This document shows, one piece after another, positions 26,961 to 37,995 of a stretch of 64,000 bases of DNA. Under the pieces are notes generated by a model. That model was not told the DNA's origin. It saw only the letters and a list, made by a program, of their open reading frames with translations, and ran no database searches. This DNA comes from Macrostomum lignano (Eukaryota), in NCBI GenBank assembly GCA_002269645.1, contig NIVC01000678.1, positions 1-64,000 on the forward strand, given 5' to 3'. The translations under genes were made by a program, and so were the position numbers. Every line of letters begins with the position of its first letter. Within the stretch, counting starts at the first letter, position 1.

Positions 26961-27294
26961 TAAGTACAAACGTGACTTGCATAACTACTGTTCTGTTTAT
27001 AGATTGCAACTCGCCATTACTCTTGTATTCAGTGTCACGTGATGGCATTTTGTTTGCTCAATTACACAGCTCTGCATTGCATACCCCAAATGCATTTTGT
27101 AGACTTCAGACCTCCGAAGTTTTTGGTAAATTTTTTTAGAAATGTCAAAGCAGTTGGTCTCAGAGTTTGTCATTTGATATATCAGACTGTCTGCATTAAA
27201 TAGTGTCGTTTTTCTGAGGGTGGGGTTTGTGAGGGTATCTCACTGATGCTGGATTATTTCTAATGGAGTTACTTATTGTCTGTACTAATTGTCC

Positions 27295-29185
27295 AGTCTG
27301 ATCCAGTCTGTTCTGTGTGTCCTGTCTGATCCAGTCTGTTCTGTGTGTCCTGTCTGATCCAGTCTGGTCTGTGTGTCCTGTCTGATCCAGTCTGATCTGT
27401 GTGTCCTGTCTGATCCAGTCTGGTCTGTGTGTCCTGTCTGATCCAGTCTGATCTGTGTGTCCTGTCTGATCCAGTCTGGTCTGTGTGTCCTGTCTGATCC
27501 AGTCTGGTCTGTGTGTCCTGTCTGATCCAGTCTGATCTGTGTGTCCTGTCTGATCCAGTCTGGTCTGTGTGTCCTGTCTGATCCAGTCTGTTCTGTGTGT
27601 CCTGTCTGATCCAGTCTGGTCTGTGTGTCCTGTCTGATCCAGTCTGTTCTGTGTGTCCTGTCTGATCCAGTCTGGTCTGTGTGTCCTGTCTAATCCAGTC
27701 CTTGTCTCTGCCACCCTGTCTGTGTGTCCTGTCTGATCCAGTCTGGTCTGTGTGTCCTGTCTGATCCAGTCTGGTCTGTGTGTCCTGTCTGATCCAGTCT
27801 GTTCTGTGTGTCCTGTCTGATCCAGTCTGGTCTGTGTGTCCTGTCTGATCCAGTCTGGTCTGTGTGTCCTGTCTGATCCAGTCTGGTCTGTGTGTCCTGT
27901 CTAATCCAGTCTGATCTGTGTGTCCTGTCTGATCCAGTCTGGTCTGTGTGTCCTGTCTGATCCAGTCTGGTCTGTGTGTCCTGTCTGATCCAGTCTGTTC
28001 TGTGTGTCCTGTCTGATCCAGTCTGGTCTGTGTGTCCTGTCTGATCCAGTCTGATCTGTGTGTCCTGTCTGATCCAGTCTGATCTGTGTCCTGTCTGATC
28101 CAGTCTGGTCTGTGTGTCCTGTCTGATCCAGTCTGGTCTGTGTGTCCTGTCTGATCCAGTCTGGTCTGTGTGTCCTGTCTGATCCAGTCTGGTCTGTGTG
28201 TCCTGTCTGATCCAGTCTGGTCTGTGTGTCCTGTCTGATCCAGTCTGGTCTGTGTGTCCTGTCTGATCCAGTCTGGTCTGTGTGTCCTGTCTGATCCAGT
28301 CTGGTCTGTGTGTCCTGTCTGATCCAGTCTGGTCTGTGTGTCCTGTCTGATCCAGTCTGTTCTGTGTGTCCTGTCTGATCCAGTCTGGTCTGTGTGTCCT
28401 GTCTGATCCAGTCTGTTCTGTGTGTCCCGTCTGATCCAGTCTGGTCTGTGTGTCCTGTCTGATCCAGTCTGGTCTGTGTGTCCTGTCTGATCCAGTCTGT
28501 TCTGTGTGTCCTGTCTGATCAAGTCTGGTCTGTGTGTCCTGTCTGATCCAGTCTGGTCTGTGTGTCCTGTCTGATCCAGTCTGGTCTGTGTGTCCTGTCT
28601 GATCCAGTCTGGTCTGTGTGTCCTGTCTGATCCAGTCTGTTCTGTGTGTCCTGTCTGATTCAGTCTGGTCTGTGTGTCCTGTCTGATCCAGTCTGGTCTG
28701 TGTGTCCTGTCTGATCCAGTCTGGTCTGTGTGTCCTGTCTGATCCAGTCTGTTCTGTGTGTCCCGTCTGATCCAGTCTGGTCTGTGTGTCCTGTCTGATC
28801 CAGTCTGGTCTGTGTGTCCTGTCTGATCCAGTCTGTTCTGTGTGTCCTGTCTGATAAAGTCTGGTCTGTGTGTCCTGTCTGATCCAGTCTGGTCTGTGTG
28901 TCCTGTCTGATCCAGTCTGGTCTGTGTGTCCTGTCTGATCCAGTCTGGTCTGTGTGTCCTGTCTGATCCAGTCTGTTCTGTGTGTCCCGTCTGATCCAGT
29001 CTGGTCTGTGTGTCCTGTCTGATCCAGTCTGGTCTGTGTGTCCTGTCTGATCCAGTCTGGTCTGTGTGTCCTGTCTAATCCAGTCCTTGTCTCTGCCACC
29101 CTGTCTGTGTGTCCTGTCTGATCCAGTCTGGTCTGTGTGTCCTGTCTAATCCAGTCCTTGTCTCTGCCACCCTGTCTGGTCTCTA
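27295..29185. repeat. 28-bp minisatellite (GTCTGATCCAGTCTGGTCTGTGTGTCCT)n, about 65 units, probably in SLC25A26 intron 1
   Basis: Visible array ending upstream of the acceptor at 29335. Confidence 0.95.
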
Positions 29186-29335
29186 TCTCTATCCAGGTCT
29201 GGTTCGTTAATATTTTTCCTACTACAATATGTTCTGCCCAGAAAAGAACAACCAACAGCTGATAGGGAATGCAGCTCAGACTCCTGATCCAGACTCTCCT
29301 CCCCATCAATTCCCCATCAAAATCTCCCGCACCAG

Positions 29336-30629
29336 GAGGCCCTGCTGAGCGGCGCCGCAGCGGGCCTGCTAGTGGACCTGTCCCTGTACCCGCTGGACAC
29401 CCTGAAGACCCGCGCCCAGTCCAGCGCCGGCTTCTGGTCCTCGGGCGGCCTGCGCGGCCTCTTCCAGGGCGTCTCCGTTGTCTCCCTGCTGTCCATGCCG
29501 GGCGCCGCCGTCTTCTTCGTCACCTACGACACTGGCAAGCGGCGCCGACTGCCTCTGCCGGTCGCCGCTTGCCTCGGCGAAGCCGCCGCCTGCCTCGTCC
29601 GCGTGCCCTGCGAGGTGGTGAAGCAGCGCGCCCAGATCGACCGGCTGGGCCGTCGGCCCTACCGGATCTTCGCCGACTGCCTTCGCGAGGAGGGCCCGGC
29701 GGGACTCTACCGAGGCTTTCGCAGCACCATCATCCGCGAGCTGCCCTTCGCCAGCCTGCAGTTCCCGCTGTGGGAGGCCTTGAAGGCTCTGGCCGGGCCG
29801 GGCTGGGCCGACAAGCCCGCCACCTCCGCCGCCTCCGGGTTCGCCGCTGGCGGGCTGGCCGCCTTCCTCACCACCCCGCTGGACGTGGCCAAGACTAGGA
29901 TTATGTTGGCGTCCAGGTGAGCACTGCGGGTCGAGACCTTAGTGTCCCATAGATTGGCTGAATTCCCACGTAGGCTAAATGAATTCCCCCCAGTAGGCTG
30001 ACAGAATTCCCCCTGTAGGCTGAATGAATTCTCCACAGTCTGATTGAATTCCTCCAGTAGGCTGACTGAATTCCCCCTGCTGGCTGGCTAAATTCCCGCC
30101 AGTAGGCTGACAGAATTCCCCCTGTAAACTGAATGAATTCTCCACAGTCTGATTGAATTCCTCCAGTAGGCTGACTGAATTCCCTCAGTGGGCTGGCTGA
30201 ATTCCCCCCCCCCGTAGGCTGACTGAATTACCCCAGTAGGCTGACTGAATTCCCTCAGTGGGCTGGCTGAATTCCCCCCCGTAGGCTGACGAAATTCCCT
30301 CTGTAGGCAGGCTGAATTGCCCGCAGTCTGATTGAATTCCCCTCAGCTTAAACGAATTCCCCATGCTCCATCTGAATTCCCTACAACCCAGTGTACAGCA
30401 AGCAATTTAACACAGAGGAACCTCTTCCTCAACTCCTGTCATTTGAAGCCACGACCGCCTGGCCTCCGGCAGCGTGCTGGCCGCCCTGTCCGCGGTGCAC
30501 TCGGAGCGCGGCCTGCCGGGCCTGTTCGCCGGGGCGGCGCCGCGAACGGCCATGATTGCCATCGGCGGCGCCGTGTTTCTTGGCGTCTACGACACCGTGA
30601 GACTCCTGCTGAGCAGGCTGGCCAGTTAG
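29336..30629 (+). CDS. SLC25A26: Mitochondrial S-adenosylmethionine carrier; exons 29336-29916 and 30449-30629; start exon upstream (candidate ATG 27142 after TTTTTTTAG)
   Basis: EALLSGAAAGLLVDLSLYPLDTLKTRAQS, LVRVPCEVVKQRAQ, TTPLDVAKTRIML, GLFAGAAPRTAMIAIGGAVFLGVYD: three PxD/ExxK carrier repeats closely matching SAMC. The phase-2 junction is compatible. Confidence 0.9.
29945..30350. repeat. About 22-bp intronic minisatellite (CTGAATTCCCCCAGTAGGCTGA-like)
   Basis: Visible degenerate array in intron 29917-30448. Confidence 0.9.
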
Positions 30630-30878
30630 TTACTGATAATGATCTGCATTTCCATCTTTGAATTTTATTGATTAATCTGAACGGCTCTACTTACAACTAG
30701 TATAATGATAGCTTGATTTTTGCAACCTTTTAAATAAAATTGCCTCACTTCTCACTATTTTATTTGTACTTGTTGACTGCGTTGAATACTATTATGACTC
30801 GTTTTCGGTTGTGGATTATTGATTTTTTCCTTGTCAAGGCGGATAAGTTGACAATTGGTATTCCAATATTCATTCTGA

Positions 30879-31148
30879 GGGGGGAATCATGGTTTCAAAC
30901 CCACGAGTCTCGCGGCCCCTGGTTCGACTCCTTGCGCGGCCACATTCATTTGGGGCTGATGTGCACGAAAATTGGCCGTGAGGGCAGGCCACCAAGGCAC
31001 AGAGAGAGTGTACATGCCGGACAATTAGACAGTCAGGGCCGCTGTACACCCGTGTGTACGCTGGTTGTGGGGCGTTGCGCCCGTTCCTGCAAACACATGA
31101 CCGTATAATCGACCTTCGAATTCCAATACTTTGGGGGGAATCATGGTT
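30879..31148 (+). mobile_element. tRNA-derived SINE-like insert bounded by a 16-bp direct repeat (GGGGGGAATCATGGTT at 30879 and 31133)
   Basis: B-box GGTTCGACTCC near 30920 and an exact 16-bp direct repeat. No full cloverleaf. Confidence 0.5.
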
Positions 31149-33914
31149 AAGGTAATGTTTCTCATGCTAAGTCGCCTGTTCGCCTGTGGATGAATCTTGC
31201 GGTGCATATCAGCGTTGTCTACTATCAGTAGTCTAAAAAGCATGTCAATTGACATTTTCAGCAGGCATCGGTCGGTGTTTATCACTACAGTCGGCGGCTC
31301 CAGCCGCTTCGCTGCGAGTTCTGCGGCGGCGTCGGTCGGTTCTCCGACATTGTGTCGCTCAGCCGGCTGGCTGTCACTGACTACGAGGCCCTGTTAAACC
31401 GCGGCTGGCGTCGAAGCGCCGGCAGGGTGTACCGGCTGCGGCCGGACCTGACCTGCTGCGCCAAGTTCCCAATGCGTCACCTGGTCGATGCGTTCCGGCC
31501 TAGCCGGAGCCAGCGGCGCTGTCTAAGGCGATTCGCCAGCGCTCTGTTTGGCAGCGCGCCAGTTGGGCCCGCTGGTGATTCCGATTTGCCAACCGGAAGT
31601 GGAATCTTTTATCAAACCGGAAGCGGAACTATCTATCAAGCCGGAAGTAGAACCAACTACCAAACCGAAAGCGGAACCAACTATCAAACCGGAAGTGGAA
31701 CCAACTACCAAACCGGAAGCGGAACCAACTATCAAACTGGAAGTGAAACCAACTATCAAACCGGAAGTGAAACCAACTATCAAACCGGAAGTGGAACCAA
31801 CTATCAAACCGGAAGTGGAACCAACTATCAAACCGGAAGTGAAACCAACTATCAAACCGGAAGTGGAACCAACTATCAAACCGGAAGTGGAACCAACTAC
31901 CAAACCGGAAGCGGAACCAACTATCAAACTGGAAGTGAAACCAACTATCAAACCGGAAGTGAAACCAACTATCAAACCGGAAGTGAAACCAACTATCAAA
32001 CCGGAAGTGAAACCAACTATCAAACCGGAAGTGAAACCAACTATCAAACCGGAAGTGAAACCAACTATCAAACCGGAAGTGGAACCAACTATCAAACCGG
32101 AAGTGGAACCAACTACCAAACCGGAAGCGGAACCAACTATCAAACTGGAAGTGAAACCAACTATCAAACCGGAAGCGGAACCAACTATCAAACTGGAAGT
32201 GAAACCAACTATCAAACCGGAAGTGAAACCAACTATCAAACCGGAAGTGAAACCAACTATCAAACCGGAAGTGAAACCAACTATCAAACCGGAAGTGGAA
32301 CCAACTATCAAACCGGAAGTGAAACCAACTATCAAACCGGAAGTGAAACCAACTATCAAACCGGAAGTGAAACCAACTATCAAACCGGAAGTGAAACCAA
32401 CTATCAAACCGGAAGTGGAACCAACTATCAAACCGGAAGTGAAAATATTTTACATTTTATCAGCAGCCGGATGCGCCCCGGAAAGGCCCGCTACAAGCGC
32501 TGGTCAGCCGGACTCGATGCACTGCGCGCCCGAGCCGGCGCCCTCGGCCAATCCGCCGACGCTCTGCTCGCCGAGCGCGCCAACCGTTGGCGCCGTCGTC
32601 GCGAGCTTCGCCAGCGCCGCCAGTCGGCGCCCAGCCTAGCCGAACTCGTCGACCCGCTGATGATTGGCGGTCCAGGCGGCCGCGGTCGCCTCCTGTGGCG
32701 CCTGGTGCCGTCGGACAGTCAGCTGGCCATCAGCTCCGGACACGCCTGCTACTCCGCCTACCAGTGCGCCGTCCACGGCGACTCCCCGGCCGACTGCGGC
32801 GAGGCCAAGTTCCGCCGATTTCTCTGCCTCAGTCCGCTGGCGGCGGAGGCGGCGGAGGCTGAGACCGACGTCCAGTGGCCGAAGGGATCCCACCATTCCC
32901 AGCTGCTGCTGGATGGCCGCCTGATCGGCGTTGACGTCATCGACATTCTTGACAGGTTTGTTGGCGGGGACAGAGCGACCACACTAGCAGCTGCCTCTGC
33001 CATTCTCAAAGCTGCCACTCAGCCTGTTAAAAACTCCCCTCAGCCCCTCATCTACACTGAGAATCGCCCCTCAACCACACTGAGAATCGCCCCTCAACCA
33101 CACTGAGAATCGCCCCTCATCTACACTGAGAATCGCCCCTCATCTACACTGAGAATCGCCCCTCAACCACACTGAGAATCGCCCCTCAACCACACTGAAA
33201 ATCGCCCCTCATCTACACTGAGAATCGCCCCTCAACCACACTGAGAATCGCCCCTCATCTACACTGAGAATCGCCCCTCATCTACACTGAGAATCGCCCC
33301 TCAACCACACTGAGAATCGCCCCTCAACCACACTGAGAATCGCCCCTCATCTACACTGAGAATCGCCCCTCAACCACACTGAGAATCGCCCCTCAACCAC
33401 ACTGAGAATCGCCCCTCATCTACACTGAGAATCGCCCCTCAACCACACTGAGAATCGCCCCTCAACCGCACTGAGAATCGCGCCTCAACCACACTCCCTC
33501 AGCACCGTCTCCTCCGCCTACTTCTTTTTCGACCCGGCCTTCAAGCGCCTGCAGCTGGGCAAGGTCAGCGCCCTGCTGCAGCTGCGCCGCCTGCAGGGAC
33601 ACCCGAGGCTGAGGCACTACACCATGGGCTCATACTCCCCGCTGTCTGTTAAGCTGGCCTACAAGGCGGAGTTTCAGCCGGCGCAGATCATGTGCCCCAT
33701 CGCTCTGCGCTGGCTTCCATTCGACAGAGACTATCGCTGTCGGCTTGAGGCCGGTCAGCTCAGAGGTCTCTATGCCGACCTCGGGGGTGCCGATGATGAC
33801 GCTGAGGTTGGCGACTCCTCGGACTCTGACGGTGTTCGGCGGGCTGGGCTGCGCCGGTTCGCCAGACTGGCTGGGCAGCAGTGCGCCTCTCGCTTTCGGC
33901 TGCTTGTTGACTGA
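31143..33914 (+). CDS. ATE1: Arginyl-tRNA--protein transferase 1; proposed exons 31143-31151 (MVK micro-exon), 31265-32955 (containing a 24-bp array that may be an intron), 33503-33914
   Basis: RCEFCG, DYEALLNRGWRRSAGRVY, TCC, FRPSRSQRRCLRRF, KFRRFLCLSPL, DGRLIGVDVIDIL, VSSAYFFFDP, LGKVSAL, YTMGSY, KLAYKAEFQP, MCP match the ATE-N and ATE-C domains. The start micro-exon (AAG|GTAATG...TTTTCAGCAG) is inferred. Confidence 0.9.
31600..32445. repeat. 24-bp tandem repeat (AACTATCAAACCGGAAGTGAAACC)n, about 35 units, in frame with ATE1 (NYQTGSET)
   Basis: Visible; the ORF track shows uninterrupted reading 31352-33106. Confidence 0.95.
33045..33495. repeat. 23-bp intronic minisatellite (CACACTGAGAATCGCCCCTCAAC)n
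   Basis: Visible array in ATE1 intron 32956-33502. Confidence 0.95.
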
Positions 33915-33924
33915 TGGAGGTCAG

Positions 33925-34400
33925 AGATGGAAGAGAGAGGGTGTGAAGGGAGAGGGGGTGAAGAGAGAGGGGTGAAAGAGAGAGGGGTGAAGGGAAAGGG
34001 TGTGAAGGGAGAGGAGTGAAGGGAGAGAGGTGAAGGTAGAGGGGTGAAGGGAGAGGAGTGAAGGGAGAGGGGTGAAGGGAGAGGGGTGAAGGGAGAGGGT
34101 TGAAGGGAGAGGAGTGAAGGGAGAGGGTTGAAGGGAGAGGGGTGAAGGGAGAGGGGTGAATCGAGAGGAGTGAAGGGAGAGGAGTGAAGGGAGAGGGGTG
34201 AAGGGAGAGGGGTGAAGGGAGAGGTGTGAAGGGAGAGGCGTGAAGGGAGAGGGGTGAAGGGAGAGGAGTGAAGGGAGAGGGGGGAAGGGAGAGGGGGGAA
34301 GGGAGAGGGGTGAAGGGAGAGGGGTGAAGGGAGATATGGTGAAGGGAGAGGGTGTGAACGGAGAGGCGGGTGAACAGAGAGGCGGGTGAAGGCAGAGAGA
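33925..34400. repeat. 14-bp purine-rich repeat (GAAGGGAGAGGGGT)n immediately after the ATE1 stop
   Basis: Visible. Confidence 0.9.
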
Positions 34401-34844
34401 GTGAAGAGACAGAAGATGAAGCGATTCCCTAGTCAACATGGATTCATGCACAGCTTATTCCGGTTTTATCCAATGTGTTTGCAGTCCATACCGTCAAACT
34501 GATAGAGCTACAATGTAAATTCATTAACAAAATCAATCAAAAAAATAATAAACGAAAGAAGAAATTAATATGTTGATTTTTACTATTTTAAAGCAACGAA
34601 CAAAAGCGCTCATTTAAAAAAATGGTTTGTTATATTTCTCTTGTCTTCTTGACTTTCTATGAAATGCGCTACAAAGCCGGAAAAAATCAAATATCGAGCA
34701 TGCAACTAAAAGCGATGATTTGGAAGCAATAAAGTTTATAAAACCATTGCAGCAGCTACAGCACTTCTATTGTGTAAAAAGTAACAAGCCGTAAATCACA
34801 TTAATTGCCATTCTAGAAAGCGACTACATTTCTGGGTGGGAAAA

Positions 34845-35146
34845 TCTGTCAGACTCCACAGCTTCCACCCCATAGATCTGTCAGACTCCACAGCTTCCAC
34901 CCCATAGATCTGTCAGACTCCACAGCTTCCACCCCATAGATCTGTCAGACTCCACAGCTTCCACCCCATAGATCTGTCAGACTCCACAGCTTCCACCCCA
35001 TAGATCTGTCAGACTCCACAGCTTCCACCCCATAGATCTGTCAGACTACACAGCTTCCACCCCATAGATCTGTCAGACTCCACAGCTTCCACCCCATAGA
35101 TCTGTCAGACTCCACAGCTTCCACCCCATAGATCTGTCAGACTCCA
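34845..35146. repeat. 32-bp near-perfect minisatellite (CTGTCAGACTCCACAGCTTCCACCCCATAGAT)n, about 9 units, between the convergent ATE1 and CFAP77-like 3' ends
   Basis: Visible; no unique spacers. Confidence 0.95.
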
Positions 35147-35168
35147 GAACCCCGTCAGCAGAATACTC

Positions 35169-36096
35169 TCAGCGCAATGTCAGCGCCGGCTCGGTGCGCA
35201 AATCCCGAGCCCGTTGACGCCCAGTCGGTGGCTGCGCTCCCCCAGCCACACCAGCCACACCCGCCTGCCGCGCCCCCTCGCTTCGGAACGTGTCCAGCCT
35301 CGGCTGCACCGCGGCCAGCTTTCGGCTTTTAGGTTTGTTGCTGCTGCTGGTGTTGCAGAAATTGCTTGAGCCTCTGACAGGCTGCTGCTGTTGCCGGCGC
35401 AGAAGAACTGCTCCGTTTCCCAAGGCCAATTCGGTGACTTTGCTCTGCTGCTGCTGTTCCTGGCCTCCCTGGCGTTGAAAAATTCATGTATGATTGGTTA
35501 GCCATTTTTGATTGATTAGCTACACAGCTACCTTTGAATGAGAATTTTTCTTAGTCATTTTCTTTACTTGCTACTTAGTGTGAGTAGTGTACTGGTCCAT
35601 CAAGATCAGGCACTTTTCTTCAGTCAACTTTCGCCTTACCTGAGCAGCTCCGTCGAGTCTGTCAGCAGAGAACTTGTTGGTCAGCAGCTGCTGCACAGAG
35701 TCGCCAAATCTGTTGAGTTTTTGTAGGAAATTAAATGTGCAGGTACGAGGCCGATAGAACATCATGTACTTTAGTTATTGATACGACATTCCTTACTTGG
35801 TCTTGTTGCCATGGCAACGCTCGTGCCGCTGCTGCCGAATCAGTCCGCATTCAACAGTTCTGCGATTCGATTCGATGAAGTTTTTCTGCAGGCAGCGTTT
35901 TGGCCGAATGAGCAGCGACTGCAGGCTGGACTCGATGATGGAGCGGGAGTCTGCGTGGGGTCGCGATGCTCACTGCTAATGTCATGACGACATGCAGTAT
36001 TACATCAACAACAATTTTATATCAAAATATAATTTTACCTTTTTGGGTCCCAGTTGATTGGTCTATTTGGCCGGGTTCGCTCCGAATATCATCCAT
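35169..36096 (-). CDS. CFAP77: CFAP77-like ciliary microtubule inner protein; exons 36096-36039, 35968 (or 35950)-35797, 35709-35640, 35468-35169
   Basis: Phase-compatible short introns (donors GTAAAA, GTAAGG, GTAAGG). Motifs KNFIESNRRTVECGL, SVQQLLTNKF, VLLRRQQ and VQPRLDTFRSEGARQ parallel recalled CFAP77 motifs xYIAMNRGAVKAGL, PFFDLLQHRY, SQLRKY and VGRHLDTFPTEADRQ. Confidence 0.5.
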
Positions 36097-36321
36097 TTTT
36101 TCTGAAACAATTGACAGTCCATAATTTGTGAGTTTTGTTTAAATGTGCTGGTCAGCTGATTCACACAAAACTATAAATGAAAATGACAAAATGACCTGGC
36201 ACCTGGGGAAAATTGATTTAAATTTCTGATAGAGCCAATGATTTTAATTGCATTACTATTATATTTATAATCATAAAATAAATTTGTTTTAACTTTCCTA
36301 AAATATCTTATCACTATAATT

Positions 36322-37995
36322 TTGAAATTTTTTTCGTTGGAAACCGAAAAACAACGGAATCCAGAACTGGAAAAACGAAAAGAAACCGCAATGCAGGACT
36401 TGGTCATGCCTACAGGCACGACAATCAGGTCACAGGAGACGCAAACGTCAAACAAGGTGGCGACTCCAAATGAACAAACAATGGAACCAGTTTGTACGAT
36501 CCCGATGAGTGAAGCAAGCGTGAAGACAAACACGACCATAAGAAGGCGAACTATGGAGAACAAGATGGTCGAAATGAGAGCGAACACAACAATAGCGCCA
36601 AGACAAACCCTACGAATCTGGCCAATGATTCTGATGGGACTGCTCATTTTTGCCGGAAGTTTCTGCGAAATCGAAGCGATGCAAACGGAAGGTACGCACA
36701 CGCAATATGTGGACAGTCCAAAATTTCGCACCGACATTGGAGCCCCCATAGCAATTCGGCTGCCGGAACAACAGGACTGCAAAATTCCAAAGGAAGGACA
36801 AGACGGACGGATAAAGCTTAAATTAACTTTACACGATGAGAACGCCGAGACACATAAAAGTGTCATGAAGATATGCCACAGAGAAGACTACAGTTTCACA
36901 GCGCAACTGTACAAAATCGCAGGAAAAACAGTATTCGTGGACTTGACAGTAGCGATTAAGCCACGAACAGTCACAGTGGAACAATGTAACTCGTGGAATG
37001 CAGGAGCTACAACAGAAGATGGAACATTGGAAGAAGACCTCAAAGTGGATGGTCGCATCAGCCGATACTCTACGAAAAAATGGGTTCGAAATGACCTAGA
37101 TAATCTGGCTAAGACCGGAGAGAAATTAGAAATAACAGTCAGCACTGTGTTGACGAATGTACCATACTACGTTTCGGAAAATGGAATGAACTCGTTGTAT
37201 GTGCCAGTAGACAAATGCAAATACAAGGAGAGCAAGTGCCAACGGGACGAGAAAGCGGCAAATTTTAAAATATGGCCACTAGAACGCACTTTACCAGAAC
37301 GACTTTGGTCAGTGACAAACTTCTACGACAGAGAATATCGAGTGCGAGGTTCAAGACTGTACCAGATGGTATGGACAGTGCATGAACATTACCAATGCCA
37401 GTACCAGAAAGGACGACAACTGGTCGGATACATGCACACGGACTGGTTTCAATCGGAAGATATGACATACGTGCTAACCTTTCAGAGACCAGTAAAACTG
37501 AATGCATCATGTGCAGAAGACAAGTATACTTTATACAAGGCGGAAGCTCTAAGATTAGCTCGAGAAATCGCCAGACACAATCTACAGCAAGCACAAAAGC
37601 GAACGCACAAACAAGCCAACAAGGGGCGACAGCAAACGACTCTACAAGTAGGTGACAGAGTCATGCTACAAGAACCACTAAGAACTGCAAAACATCAACC
37701 ACAATTTTCGGGACCGTATAGAGTGATTCGGAAACTCAACGAAACGAATGTAGCCATCCGATCGGAAGACAATAACAAGGAACCAATGCGGGTACACGTC
37801 GACAGATTAAAAAAGATGCAGAACCCGGAGGAATCTGTTTTCTTGCCCGATTTCCAACCGACGGACCCCAGAAGAATGGCACTACAGCAGAGGAAGCCGC
37901 TATATAGAACAATTGGCACGCAAGTCTCGGATGAACTGGAAGAGCATCCCGCTCATGCATACAACTTGCGGAGCAGGGACAAAATCCAACACTAA
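36322..37995 (+). CDS. 557-codon retroelement ORF (first ATG 36391): S/T-rich leader, internal signal/TM segment, Cys-rich viral-glycoprotein-like ectodomain, fused to a Gypsy integrase C-terminal region
   Basis: Hydrophobic IWPMILMGLLIFAGSFCEIEA. Cys spacing KICHRED...TVEQCNSW...DKCKYKESKCQ...KIW resembles class III (rhabdovirus G-like) fusogens. Integrase tail begins at about 37540. No RT, RNase H or DDE core. Confidence 0.7.
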   Translation: MKFFSLETEKQRNPELEKRKETAMQDLVMPTGTTIRSQETQTSNKVATPNEQTMEPVCTIPMSEASVKTNTTIRRRTMENKMVEMRANTTIAPRQTLRIWPMILMGLLIFAGSFCEIEAMQTEGTHTQYVDSPKFRTDIGAPIAIRLPEQQDCKIPKEGQDGRIKLKLTLHDENAETHKSVMKICHREDYSFTAQLYKIAGKTVFVDLTVAIKPRTVTVEQCNSWNAGATTEDGTLEEDLKVDGRISRYSTKKWVRNDLDNLAKTGEKLEITVSTVLTNVPYYVSENGMNSLYVPVDKCKYKESKCQRDEKAANFKIWPLERTLPERLWSVTNFYDREYRVRGSRLYQMVWTVHEHYQCQYQKGRQLVGYMHTDWFQSEDMTYVLTFQRPVKLNASCAEDKYTLYKAEALRLAREIARHNLQQAQKRTHKQANKGRQQTTLQVGDRVMLQEPLRTAKHQPQFSGPYRVIRKLNETNVAIRSEDNNKEPMRVHVDRLKKMQNPEESVFLPDFQPTDPRRMALQQRKPLYRTIGTQVSDELEEHPAHAYNLRSRDKIQH

